Notes: generated by a model not told the origin, from the sequence alone. Counted from the stretch's first letter, positions 1-7,688 are shown. The stretch is 64,000 nt of DNA from an uncultured Methanosarcinales archaeon (GCA_964561995.1 CAZLQZ010000006.1:8789-72788); one strand, 5' to 3'. Program-made: numbers and translations.

Positions 1-247
1 TATTTGTTTTAAGATTATTTTTTTCTTTTAATTCTTTCCAGTTATATATTTCGCAATTAGAAATGAATTTGTTTTCTAAGGGTTGAGGTATATGATTTAT
101 AATTGCATGAAGATTGTGACCTATGCCATTTTTTCCTTTAACAAAAGTATTAGAACTATCTTTCCCTCTATATTTTATTAGCTTTAATCCTGCATCTATT
201 CTTTTTTTTACGTCCTTAGCATTGAACAATCCAATTATTCCGCACAT
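1..247 (-). CDS. asnB: Asparagine synthase (glutamine-hydrolysing), N-terminal fragment running off the left edge
   Basis: My translation from ATG (245-247, minus): MCGIIGLFNAKDVKKRIDAGLKLIKYRGKD...GIGHNLHAI...NCEIYNWKEL. It has the N-terminal Cys of class-II (Ntn) amidotransferases and a GEIYN-like motif. TATA-like TTTTATATA lies at 270-278. Confidence 0.6.
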   Translation of the reverse strand, partial: MCGIIGLFNAKDVKKRIDAGLKLIKYRGKDSSNTFVKGKNGIGHNLHAIINHIPQPLENKFISNCEIYNWKELKEKNNLKTN

Positions 248-283
248 GATTAGAAATTATAGGTTAGAGTATATAAAAGTTAG

Positions 284-1126
284 CTAATTATTAAATATTC
301 TAAAATCTTCTTTTGTGTAACCTTTATTTGAAATTTTAATTTTCAATTTTCTTTGTGCTTTAATATTTAATAATCTTGGGTATTCTCCTCTTGTACCCAT
401 TGCTATTCCAATATCTTCAAAGATATGGACTTCATATCCATTAAAACCATTTCTTCTTTTTACAATCTCTTTTAATTTTGGATCTAGTTCTTCAACTGCT
501 TCATTTACCAATTCATCAATCATTTTTCGTTCTAAACTTGTTTTTATGGCAAGATCTTTTTCAAGAACAAAAGCAAGGTCAGATTCACAATCTGGGCTAA
601 GGTAGGCATCCAAAGATACAATTTCTCTAAGTCTTTCAAAATATAAATATTTTCGAATTAGTTTTTCATTTTTGTTAAGTGCTTTTGAAATCTCGATTGG
701 TTCAGGATTTCTTTCAAGTTTATTTTTTAATTCATCACTAGTTTTTTGAATTGAGTTAATTGTTTCTTGAGCTGTAACTGGAAATCTAATTGTTGTGCCA
801 TAATTATTAATTGCTCTTCTAATTTTGTGTTTAATCCAATCGCCAGCGTAACCAGAAAATCTACCTTTGTTTGGGTTGAATGTTTTTGCTGCGTGCATTA
901 GTCCCATGTTTCCTTCTTGAACTAAATCTTCATAATCTAAACCTCTATCTACAAAGAAATTGGCAATTTTTTGAACCAATCTCAAATTACATTCTACTAA
1001 TGTATCTATTGCAAGTTCATTTCCTTGTACAGATTTAGTTCCCAATTCGAATTCTTCTTTTTTTGATAGTCTGGGAAATTGTTTAATTTCTCTATCATAT
1101 TGTGTTCTCTGTCTGTAATTAGTCAT
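284..1126 (-). CDS. Sigma-70 family protein, paralog 1 (most diverged; region 4 degenerate)
   Basis: Region 2 motif DLVQEGNMGLMHAAKTFNPNKGRFSGYAGDWIKHKIRRAI, region 1.2-like NLRLVQKIANFF, region 3 start TTIRFPVTAQE. The track start is TTG at 1135; I prefer ATG at 1126 (MTNYRQ) because it restores the same 26-nt spacing to the upstream motif as in the other paralogs. Confidence 0.8.
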   Translation of the reverse strand: MTNYRQRTQYDREIKQFPRLSKKEEFELGTKSVQGNELAIDTLVECNLRLVQKIANFFVDRGLDYEDLVQEGNMGLMHAAKTFNPNKGRFSGYAGDWIKHKIRRAINNYGTTIRFPVTAQETINSIQKTSDELKNKLERNPEPIEISKALNKNEKLIRKYLYFERLREIVSLDAYLSPDCESDLAFVLEKDLAIKTSLERKMIDELVNEAVEELDPKLKEIVKRRNGFNGYEVHIFEDIGIAMGTRGEYPRLLNIKAQRKLKIKISNKGYTKEDFRIFNN

Positions 1127-1151
1127 TAGAAACAAAGGAAATTTTAGTTGA

Positions 1152-1168
1152 TTTTAAAAGATTTTGAC
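1152..1168 (-). promoter_or_regulatory. Conserved promoter motif (TATA-like TTTTAAAA plus GATTTTGAC) upstream of sigma paralog 1
   Basis: Plus-strand TTTTAAAAGATTTTGAC. The TATA-like octamer ends 26 nt from the ATG at 1126. The same motif lies at 2099-2115 and, with one substitution, at 3050-3066. Confidence 0.55.
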
Positions 1169-1212
1169 TTTTTTTATTGTTTTTTAGTAGAAATTTGTTT
1201 TATATGTTGTAA

Positions 1213-2073
1213 TTAATTATTAAATAAACGTAAATCAAAATTTGAATAACCTTTTTTTTCTAATTCTTTTTTTATTACTTTTTCTGATTCTTTTTTTATT
1301 TGTCTTATTCTTTCTCTAGTTTTTCCAATAACTTTGGCTATATCTTCTAATATTTTGGGTTTATTGCCATTTAGTCCATATTTTAAAGTTATAATTATTT
1401 TTTGTCTTGAATCTAATTTTTCATTTATAATTTGATAAAGTTCTGTTACTATGTTTTGTCTTTCTTTATCTGGGTTTTGATCTGTGTCAATTGTCTTTTC
1501 GTCTTTAATAACTTCTTCTAAACAATCTATGTCCTCTTCTGTTATTGGAGCATCAAGAGATGCAGTTTTTAATAATTTTTCATTAATCAAACTTTCACCA
1601 GCTTGTTTTGGACTATATCTTGTATCCTTTGAAACTTCTTGATGTGTTGGTTCTCTTCCTAATTCATTTTTTAATCTAATATATTCTGCATGAATTTTGG
1701 TAATTTTTCCATATGCGCTAATTGGTATTCTTATTGTTCTGCTTTGATTACAAAGTCCCAGTTTCATTTGTTGTTTAATTTGCCAGCAAGCATAAGTTGA
1801 AAATTTAGCACCTTTAGTGGGATCAAATCTTTTTGCAGCTTCCATTAATCCTATGTTTCCTTCTTGTACTAAATCGTAATAAGGAAGTCCTAATTCTGTA
1901 AATCCGTGGGCTAATTCCATAACTAGTCTTAAATTAGAAATAACTAATTTGTCCATTGCTTCTTTATTTCCTTTTTGAACTAATTTTCCAAGAGTTATTT
2001 CTTCTTCTCTTTTTAATAAAGGATATTTTCTGGCTAATGTTGTATATGTTGTATTTTTTTCATATTTTCTCAT
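1213..2073 (-). CDS. Sigma-70 family protein, paralog 2 (RpoD/SigA-like, no region 1.1)
   Basis: NLRLVMELAHGF (1.2/2.1), DLVQEGNIGLMEAAKRFDPTKGAKFSTYACWQIKQQM (2.2-2.4), SRTIRIPISAY (3.0), LEDIAKVIGKTRERIRQIKKESEKVIKKEL (4.2), C-terminal DLRLFNN resembling the RpoD tail. ATG at 2073 preferred over TTG at 2082. Confidence 0.9.
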   Translation of the reverse strand: MRKYEKNTTYTTLARKYPLLKREEEITLGKLVQKGNKEAMDKLVISNLRLVMELAHGFTELGLPYYDLVQEGNIGLMEAAKRFDPTKGAKFSTYACWQIKQQMKLGLCNQSRTIRIPISAYGKITKIHAEYIRLKNELGREPTHQEVSKDTRYSPKQAGESLINEKLLKTASLDAPITEEDIDCLEEVIKDEKTIDTDQNPDKERQNIVTELYQIINEKLDSRQKIIITLKYGLNGNKPKILEDIAKVIGKTRERIRQIKKESEKVIKKELEKKGYSNFDLRLFNN

Positions 2074-2098
2074 AAGAACCAAAAGAAATTTAGTTAGC

Positions 2099-2115
2099 TT
2101 TTAAAAGATTTTGAC
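2099..2115 (-). promoter_or_regulatory. Conserved promoter motif upstream of sigma paralog 2
   Basis: TTTTAAAAGATTTTGAC, 26 nt from the ATG at 2073. The whole ~90-bp intergenic region is visibly homologous to 1127-1212. Confidence 0.55.
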
Positions 2116-2163
2116 CGGTTTTATTATTTTTTAGTAAAAATCTCTGTAGTATGGTGTAATTAA

Positions 2164-3024
2164 TTAATTATTAAATGAACGCAAATCTAAATTGGAATAA
2201 CCTTTTTTTTCTAATTCTTTTTTTATTATTTTTTCTGCTTCTATTTGTATTTGTCTCGCTCTTTCTCCTGTTTTTTTAATTGCTTTACCAATTAATTCTA
2301 GTTTTTTTGGTTTACTTCCATTAAGTCCGTATCTTAATGTGATTACTTTTTTTTGTGTTGGATTTAATTGGTCTAAAATATTGTAAGTTATTTTTACTAG
2401 TCTTTTTTTATCTCCATTAGGATAAAAATAAAGATTTTTATTACTTTCATCTTCTACAACATCTTCTAAATTATCTCCTTCCATGTCTAACCTTATTGCT
2501 GCATCTAAAGATCTAGTTGTAATCAGTTTTGAAGAAAATAAATATATTCTAACTTGTTTTTCTTTTAATTTTGTTTCATTAGATACTTCTTGAATTGTTG
2601 GATTTCTACCTAATTTATCTTGTAAAGTATTGTATGTTCGGGTAATTTTTGAAATTTTTTCATATGCTGTAACTGGTATTCTAATTGTTCGACTTTGATT
2701 TCCTAAATATCGTAAAATCTTTTGTTTAATCCACCAGGCAGAATAATTGGAAAATTTACTTCCTTTTTTGGGATCATATTTTTTGCTTGCAATTATTAAA
2801 CCTTTGTTTCCTTCTTGAATTAAATCTTCAGAATCTACACCTAGGAATTTGTATTCCTTGGCTATTTGTCTTACAAGTCTTAAATTACTTACTACTAATT
2901 TTTGGGCAGCTTTTTCATCTCCTTGTTGAACTCTTTCTCCAAGGCTAACTTCCTCTTTTATTGTTAATAAAGGAAATTTTTCAATGTCTCTGTCGTATAA
3001 AAATCTTTTACTGTATCTGTCCAT
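2164..3024 (-). CDS. Sigma-70 family protein, paralog 3 (RpoD/SigA-like, no region 1.1)
   Basis: NLRLVRQIAKEY, DLIQEGNKGLIIASKKYDPKKGSKFSNYSAWWIKQKI (keeps the WW pair of region 2.3/2.4), SRTIRIPVTAY, LELIGKAIKKTGERARQIQIEAEKIIKKEL, C-terminal DLRSFNN. Confidence 0.9.
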   Translation of the reverse strand: MDRYSKRFLYDRDIEKFPLLTIKEEVSLGERVQQGDEKAAQKLVVSNLRLVRQIAKEYKFLGVDSEDLIQEGNKGLIIASKKYDPKKGSKFSNYSAWWIKQKILRYLGNQSRTIRIPVTAYEKISKITRTYNTLQDKLGRNPTIQEVSNETKLKEKQVRIYLFSSKLITTRSLDAAIRLDMEGDNLEDVVEDESNKNLYFYPNGDKKRLVKITYNILDQLNPTQKKVITLRYGLNGSKPKKLELIGKAIKKTGERARQIQIEAEKIIKKELEKKGYSNLDLRSFNN

Positions 3025-3049
3025 AGGAAATATAAAGAATTGAGATTAA

Positions 3050-3066
3050 TTTTAAAAGCTTTTGAC
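3050..3066 (-). promoter_or_regulatory. Conserved promoter motif upstream of sigma paralog 3
   Basis: TTTTAAAAGCTTTTGAC, 26 nt from the ATG at 3024. The stop codon of the upstream TrmB-like gene (3072) lies only 5 nt away. Confidence 0.5.
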
Positions 3067-3071
3067 TAGAA

Positions 3072-3785
3072 TTATTCTTTATCTGCCATCTTCCACATTA
3101 CATCAAAATAACTTTTAAATGCTTTTGCGGCAGCTTTATTTTCAATAACAATTGCTTCGGGAACGTCTGTCCAAATTACAATTGCAATTTTATCACCATA
3201 AATATTTGTTACTGCTGGGCTTTCGGCAACATCTAGAAATCTGTGTTCGGAATATCTCGAATCTTCCATTTCTTTTCTACCTTTTCTGCAAATTAATTTT
3301 GTTTTAAAATTATTTTCTCTTTGCATTCTCATAAATTGTAATGCGAATTCCGGTATTTTTTTAGAAAATTGTCCTTCACTTCCATAAACAAAATTATCTT
3401 TTTTTGAATTGGCCATGTCTCTAAATATCTGTTTAACTCCTTTAATTCCTTTAAATAATCTTACTTGGCCTTCAATTTTATTAGCTTTATGTCTCGCACT
3501 TAATTCTGGTAAAATTTCTTTAACTTCTGATTCTTGTTCTTTAATATAATCTAGTAATCTTTTTGGACCTGTTGCTTGAAACCATTTAACTTTTCCAATT
3601 AAAACATAACTAACTAATGCTTTTTCAATTAGTGATTTTAATGAATTGTAGCACGAACTTCTGTCAACTTCTGCAAGTTTTGAAATCTTTCCTGCTTTTT
3701 GAGAGCCATGGTCGTTTAATGCCAAATAAACTTTAATCTCATTTGGACTAAAACCCATGTTTGATAGAACTTTTTCAACTTTCAT
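3072..3785 (-). CDS. TrmB-family transcriptional regulator
   Basis: N-terminal winged helix typical of TrmB: LSNMGFSPNEIKVYLALNDHGSQKAGKISKLAEVDRSSCYNSLKSLIEKALVSYV, followed by a ~130-aa C-terminal domain. Confidence 0.75.
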   Translation of the reverse strand: MKVEKVLSNMGFSPNEIKVYLALNDHGSQKAGKISKLAEVDRSSCYNSLKSLIEKALVSYVLIGKVKWFQATGPKRLLDYIKEQESEVKEILPELSARHKANKIEGQVRLFKGIKGVKQIFRDMANSKKDNFVYGSEGQFSKKIPEFALQFMRMQRENNFKTKLICRKGRKEMEDSRYSEHRFLDVAESPAVTNIYGDKIAIVIWTDVPEAIVIENKAAAKAFKSYFDVMWKMADKE

Positions 3786-3847
3786 AATTTTATGAAAATT
3801 TGGTGTTATTTAAATATTGTGTTGTTGTTTATTCTACAACGGATAGA

Positions 3848-4675
3848 TTATGAAATTCTTAATTCATTAATTTGTTTGAATCTATTGTAGTAGTCATTAC
3901 TAGTTTTGTATAATTTCCAAAATACTATTATTAACCATTCTAGCCATTCTTTGTCATAAATTTCATAGTAAAGTCTTATGTCTTGAGGAAGTTCCTTTTC
4001 TTGATACATTTCTTTTAGTTCTTGAGTATTAAATCTTGCAAATGACTCATCAACTATGTATCCACGTAAAGGTTGGTAGTGATGTTTAATTTCTATAAAT
4101 TCGGGATATTTTGTTAACAAAGGAATCATTTTTTCAATGTTACTTAATGAAGCAATATTAATTCTGCATAAGATTTTAATCATTACTTTTCTTTTTAACA
4201 ACTCTTCCAGAATTTGGGACATTTTTTTATCATCTTCTATTTTATTTATAAAAGAAAGATTTCCTGAAAATATGTAAACTACATTTTCTGCTCTTCTTAG
4301 AGCTTCACCCATTTTATAGGTTTTGGCGTTTAATTTATCACTAAAAGATTTTTTATTTTTGTCTGGAATGTACTGGAAAACTTCTAAAAAATCAAATTCT
4401 TCTTTTTTTCTTGATGTTTTAATTTGATTGAATAAGTCTTCTTTAATATCGTCGCTAATTAATGCTTCTGAATAATTATAATAAACTACTTTTACTGCTC
4501 CGGGTGTATTTTTTCTAAATACTTTAATATTTATTAATCCTGTTTGTTCTTTTATTTTTTTTGTATATGAGTCTGCAGTAACCCAGCTTTTTTTAATTAA
4601 TTTGGATATCTCTTGAACTGTTTTTGGTTCATTTTTTACAAATTTTACAATTTTTTCTACTATTTTTGCTTCCAT
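3848..4675 (-). CDS. Putative winged-helix DNA-binding protein with uncharacterised C-terminal domain
   Basis: N-terminus IVKFVKNEPKTVQEISKLIKKSWVTADSYTKKIKEQTGLINIKVF looks like a wHTH. The rest has no motif I recognise. Confidence 0.35.
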   Translation of the reverse strand: MEAKIVEKIVKFVKNEPKTVQEISKLIKKSWVTADSYTKKIKEQTGLINIKVFRKNTPGAVKVVYYNYSEALISDDIKEDLFNQIKTSRKKEEFDFLEVFQYIPDKNKKSFSDKLNAKTYKMGEALRRAENVVYIFSGNLSFINKIEDDKKMSQILEELLKRKVMIKILCRINIASLSNIEKMIPLLTKYPEFIEIKHHYQPLRGYIVDESFARFNTQELKEMYQEKELPQDIRLYYEIYDKEWLEWLIIVFWKLYKTSNDYYNRFKQINELRIS

Positions 4676-4777
4676 TATATGCTCTTAAGTTATTCTTATT
4701 TATATGTTTTTCTAAAACTAAGTTTTAATTTAGTTAAACTAACTGTTAAATCAATTAAAACACTATAGGGTATTACA

Positions 4778-5314
4778 ATGAAACAATATATATTAACCGG
4801 AGGACCTAGTTCAGGAAAAACAACCTTAATTGGGATGTTGAGTGACGACTTTCAAACAGTTCCAGAAGCAGCAGAATTAGTAATTCAAGAACAACAAACA
4901 AAAGGGATTGAAATACCGCAAATTCAACCAAATTTTCAGGGTTTGGTATATCAAAAACAAAAACAACAATTAGAAGATTTACCTTATGCACCTATCGCTA
5001 TTTTTGATAGAAGTATTGCAGATGGATTAGCTTATTGTGCTCTTTTTGATAAACCTGTACCAGATGGTTTAGCTAGTGAAGATTTAACTAATAGATTCGA
5101 AGAAGTTTTTTTAATTGAAAATCTTGGTTTTGCACAGGATAATGGAATAAGATATGAAGATAATGACTTATCTATTAAAATCCAAGAACAATTATTTAAA
5201 ACATATAGGGAACTTGGTTATAATCCCATAAGAGTGCCTGCATTTTGTGATTTATCAAAAGATGATAGTATTGCACAAAGAATGAAAATCATCTATGAGC
5301 AAATAAAATGCTAA
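4778..5314 (+). CDS. P-loop NTPase (AAA_28 / NadR-kinase-like)
   Basis: Walker A ILTGGPSSGKTTL at the N-terminus, small size (178 aa), FDRS motif further on. The stop overlaps the start of the next gene (ATGCTAA). Confidence 0.6.
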   Translation: MKQYILTGGPSSGKTTLIGMLSDDFQTVPEAAELVIQEQQTKGIEIPQIQPNFQGLVYQKQKQQLEDLPYAPIAIFDRSIADGLAYCALFDKPVPDGLASEDLTNRFEEVFLIENLGFAQDNGIRYEDNDLSIKIQEQLFKTYRELGYNPIRVPAFCDLSKDDSIAQRMKIIYEQIKC

Positions 5315-6672
5315 CTTTTGGAATGATTAAAGAAGTGGATTTTTATTTTTTTAATTCTTTAATGTCTCAAAATAAATTAAAAGAATTTGAAATAGATAAA
5401 TCGGTTGAAAGTTTTGTTAAAAAGTATGGTTCTTTGTTAAAAGGATATGATACTTTCACATACAAATTAAGGGAAAGATTGTATGATGTTTGTGGTGATT
5501 TAGTTTTGGAAAATAAATTAAAACTAACAAATGTAATTCCTTTATCTTCTGGGGGAAGTTTAGATTACGCTTTATTTGATGATTATATTAAAAATTCAAG
5601 GTCTAATTTAGAGTCTGCATTAAAGTCAAATAAAAATATAGTTTTTGTAATGGGTCATAAAAATCCTGATACTGATGCAGTTATTAGTTCAATGTTTGAA
5701 GCTTGGAGAAATCATTTAGAAAATCCCTTGACAGTTTATGTTCCAATTGTTCAAAGTAAAAGACTTCCTGATGAAGTTACAGAATTAATACCGAGTTTGT
5801 CTGATTATGTACTATTAACTAATGATCCTTTGTATGAGTTGGCAAAACAATCAAGTTTAATAAGATGGATTTCAGTCGATCAAAATGAAGAATCTGAAGT
5901 TCAGAAATCTTTTGTTAGTATTATAGATCATCATTTACCTTCAAAAATTGCTAAAAATCAAAACATTCCAAAAACATTAGAATTGCTTGGTTCTTGTGCA
6001 GCTTTGGTAACTAGAAAATATTTAGGGATGGGTTTTTCTTTAGATGAGAAACTTGCCAAAATTCTTTATGGGGCTTCTTTAATGGATACTGAAAACAAAA
6101 CTATTTCTAAAATGACTAAAAAAGATGTTTTAATAATGGATTATTTGAAAAAAACTTCAAGAATAAAAGACGATAATGAATTTTATAGTAAATTAATGGG
6201 CAGATTATTAAATACTGATGATGCTGATAATTTATTTAATCGAGATTATAAAGATAATTTTGGATTTGGTTTTGCAGTGGCTAAAGTAAAAAATTGTTTT
6301 AGCAATAATGGTGAAGTTAAAAAACAAAGTTTAGTAAATAGATTATATTCTCTTGCAAATAATAATAATAAAGAAAAAGATTTCCCATTAACTTTGGTTA
6401 AGATAACTGATTATTGTAATGATAATATGACTGTTAATAGAGAAAGAATAGTTGTGCTTTTTAATGTGGATGTAGGTGATGAATTTAAGAAAACGATTAA
6501 AATGACTTTAGAAGGTACTATTCACTTTGAATTTCAGGAAGATGAATTAAATTCTGAATTGTCTTATGTTGATTTATGTGGGACTGGTTTACAATTGTCA
6601 AGAAAAAAAATGGTTCCTATTTTACAACCTTTTATTGGTCTTTCTATGGGTAATGATTTTCATTATGTTTAA
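5308..6672 (+). CDS. DHH-family phosphoesterase (family-II pyrophosphatase-like, DHH + DHHA2-like)
   Basis: VMGHKNPDTDAVISS, SVDQNE and IIDHHLP motifs. N-terminal ~100-aa extension; the start may be an internal ATG (MSQNKL). Confidence 0.7.
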   Translation: MLTFGMIKEVDFYFFNSLMSQNKLKEFEIDKSVESFVKKYGSLLKGYDTFTYKLRERLYDVCGDLVLENKLKLTNVIPLSSGGSLDYALFDDYIKNSRSNLESALKSNKNIVFVMGHKNPDTDAVISSMFEAWRNHLENPLTVYVPIVQSKRLPDEVTELIPSLSDYVLLTNDPLYELAKQSSLIRWISVDQNEESEVQKSFVSIIDHHLPSKIAKNQNIPKTLELLGSCAALVTRKYLGMGFSLDEKLAKILYGASLMDTENKTISKMTKKDVLIMDYLKKTSRIKDDNEFYSKLMGRLLNTDDADNLFNRDYKDNFGFGFAVAKVKNCFSNNGEVKKQSLVNRLYSLANNNNKEKDFPLTLVKITDYCNDNMTVNRERIVVLFNVDVGDEFKKTIKMTLEGTIHFEFQEDELNSELSYVDLCGTGLQLSRKKMVPILQPFIGLSMGNDFHYV

Positions 6673-6786
6673 ATCTAAAAAAAGAGTTCTAGGGGTGTTT
6701 ATGATTGATTTTATGAACTTAGTCGTAGTTGTTGTCTAATTTTCTACAACAAGTCTTTATATCTCTAGTTCTTTTTTTCTAATGAA

Positions 6787-6903
6787 ATGAACCGACAAAC
6801 TGAATTAGAACAAAAAATTCGAAGACTTCATCCAAACTGGAGTCAAGACAAAGCGAGGTTTTTAGCTTTGCAAGTAGTTGGAAGAATAGCAAAAAGGGAA
6901 TGA
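6787..6903 (+). CDS. Possible small ORF (38 aa) overlapping the btpA-like start by ATGA
   Basis: My translation: MNRQTELEQKIRRLHPNWSQDKARFLALQVVGRIAKRE. No homology recognised; only the ATGA coupling supports it. Confidence 0.2.
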   Translation: MNRQTELEQKIRRLHPNWSQDKARFLALQVVGRIAKRE

Positions 6904-7688
6904 TAAAAATGAAACAAATAATTGGAATGATACACGTAGAAGCTCTACCCGGAACTCCTAAAAATAAGTACGGTATGGGCTATATAGTGAATAAGGCATT
7001 AGATGAAGCTTTTGTTTATGCAAGAAATGGTGTGCATATGTTGATGATAGAAAATATGCATGATGTTCCTTATACAAAAGTAATCCGTCCAGAAGTCACT
7101 GCTGCTATGTCAATTGTTGGGATGACTGTTAAAAAGGCCGCTTTGCCCGTAGGAATACAAATTCTTGCAGGTGGTAATAGAGAAGCTCTTGCGGTAGCAA
7201 AAGCTGCAGGATTAGACTTTATAAGGGCTGAAGGTTATGTTTTTGGACATATTGGTGATGAAGGTTACTTTGATTCTTGTGCTGGAGAACTTTTAAGATA
7301 TAGAAAATCACTTGGAGCAGATAATGTTAAAGTTTATACCGATATTAAAAAAAAACATTCAAGCCATGCATTAACAAATGATGTATCTTTAGAAGAAACT
7401 GCTAGGGCAGCTAAATTCTTCTTGTCTGATGGAGTGATAATTACTGGAAGTTCAACAGGAAAAGAACCTTCTTTAAGTGATTTGGCAGAAGTTCAAGAAC
7501 TTGAAATGCCAATATTAATTGGTTCTGGAATAACTGCTCAAAATTTAGAAAAATATTGGAATTTTGCTGATAGTTTTATTGTTGGAAGTTATGTTAAAAA
7601 AGATGGAAACTGGCAAAATGAAATTGATGAAAAAAGAGTTCGAACATTAATGGAAAAATATAAAAGGCTGCAATATGAAAATAAATAA
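6900..7688 (+). CDS. BtpA/SgcQ-family TIM-barrel protein
   Basis: IIGMIHVEALPGTPKN near the N-terminus and ENMHDVPY are characteristic of the BtpA family. Confidence 0.7.
   Translation: MIKMKQIIGMIHVEALPGTPKNKYGMGYIVNKALDEAFVYARNGVHMLMIENMHDVPYTKVIRPEVTAAMSIVGMTVKKAALPVGIQILAGGNREALAVAKAAGLDFIRAEGYVFGHIGDEGYFDSCAGELLRYRKSLGADNVKVYTDIKKKHSSHALTNDVSLEETARAAKFFLSDGVIITGSSTGKEPSLSDLAEVQELEMPILIGSGITAQNLEKYWNFADSFIVGSYVKKDGNWQNEIDEKRVRTLMEKYKRLQYENK

Noticed and set aside
1164-2140. Reading the conserved motif on the plus strand as a bacterial promoter: TTGACT-N18-TAGAAA (1164-1193) and TTGACC-N18-TAAAAA (2111-2140), which would fire antisense into the upstream sigma gene.
   Set aside because: The -10 candidates match TATAAT at only 4 of 6 positions, which is expected by chance in ~70% AT DNA. 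The third copy (3061 onward) has no -10 candidate. The orientation is away from the genes the motif precedes.
284-2205. The conserved C-terminal ...KGY[ST]xxD[LF]R[ILS]FNN tail of all three sigma paralogs looked like a novel shared extension.
   Set aside because: It corresponds to the normal C-terminus of primary sigma factors (E. coli RpoD ends ...LRSFLDD). It supports RpoD ancestry rather than being a new feature.
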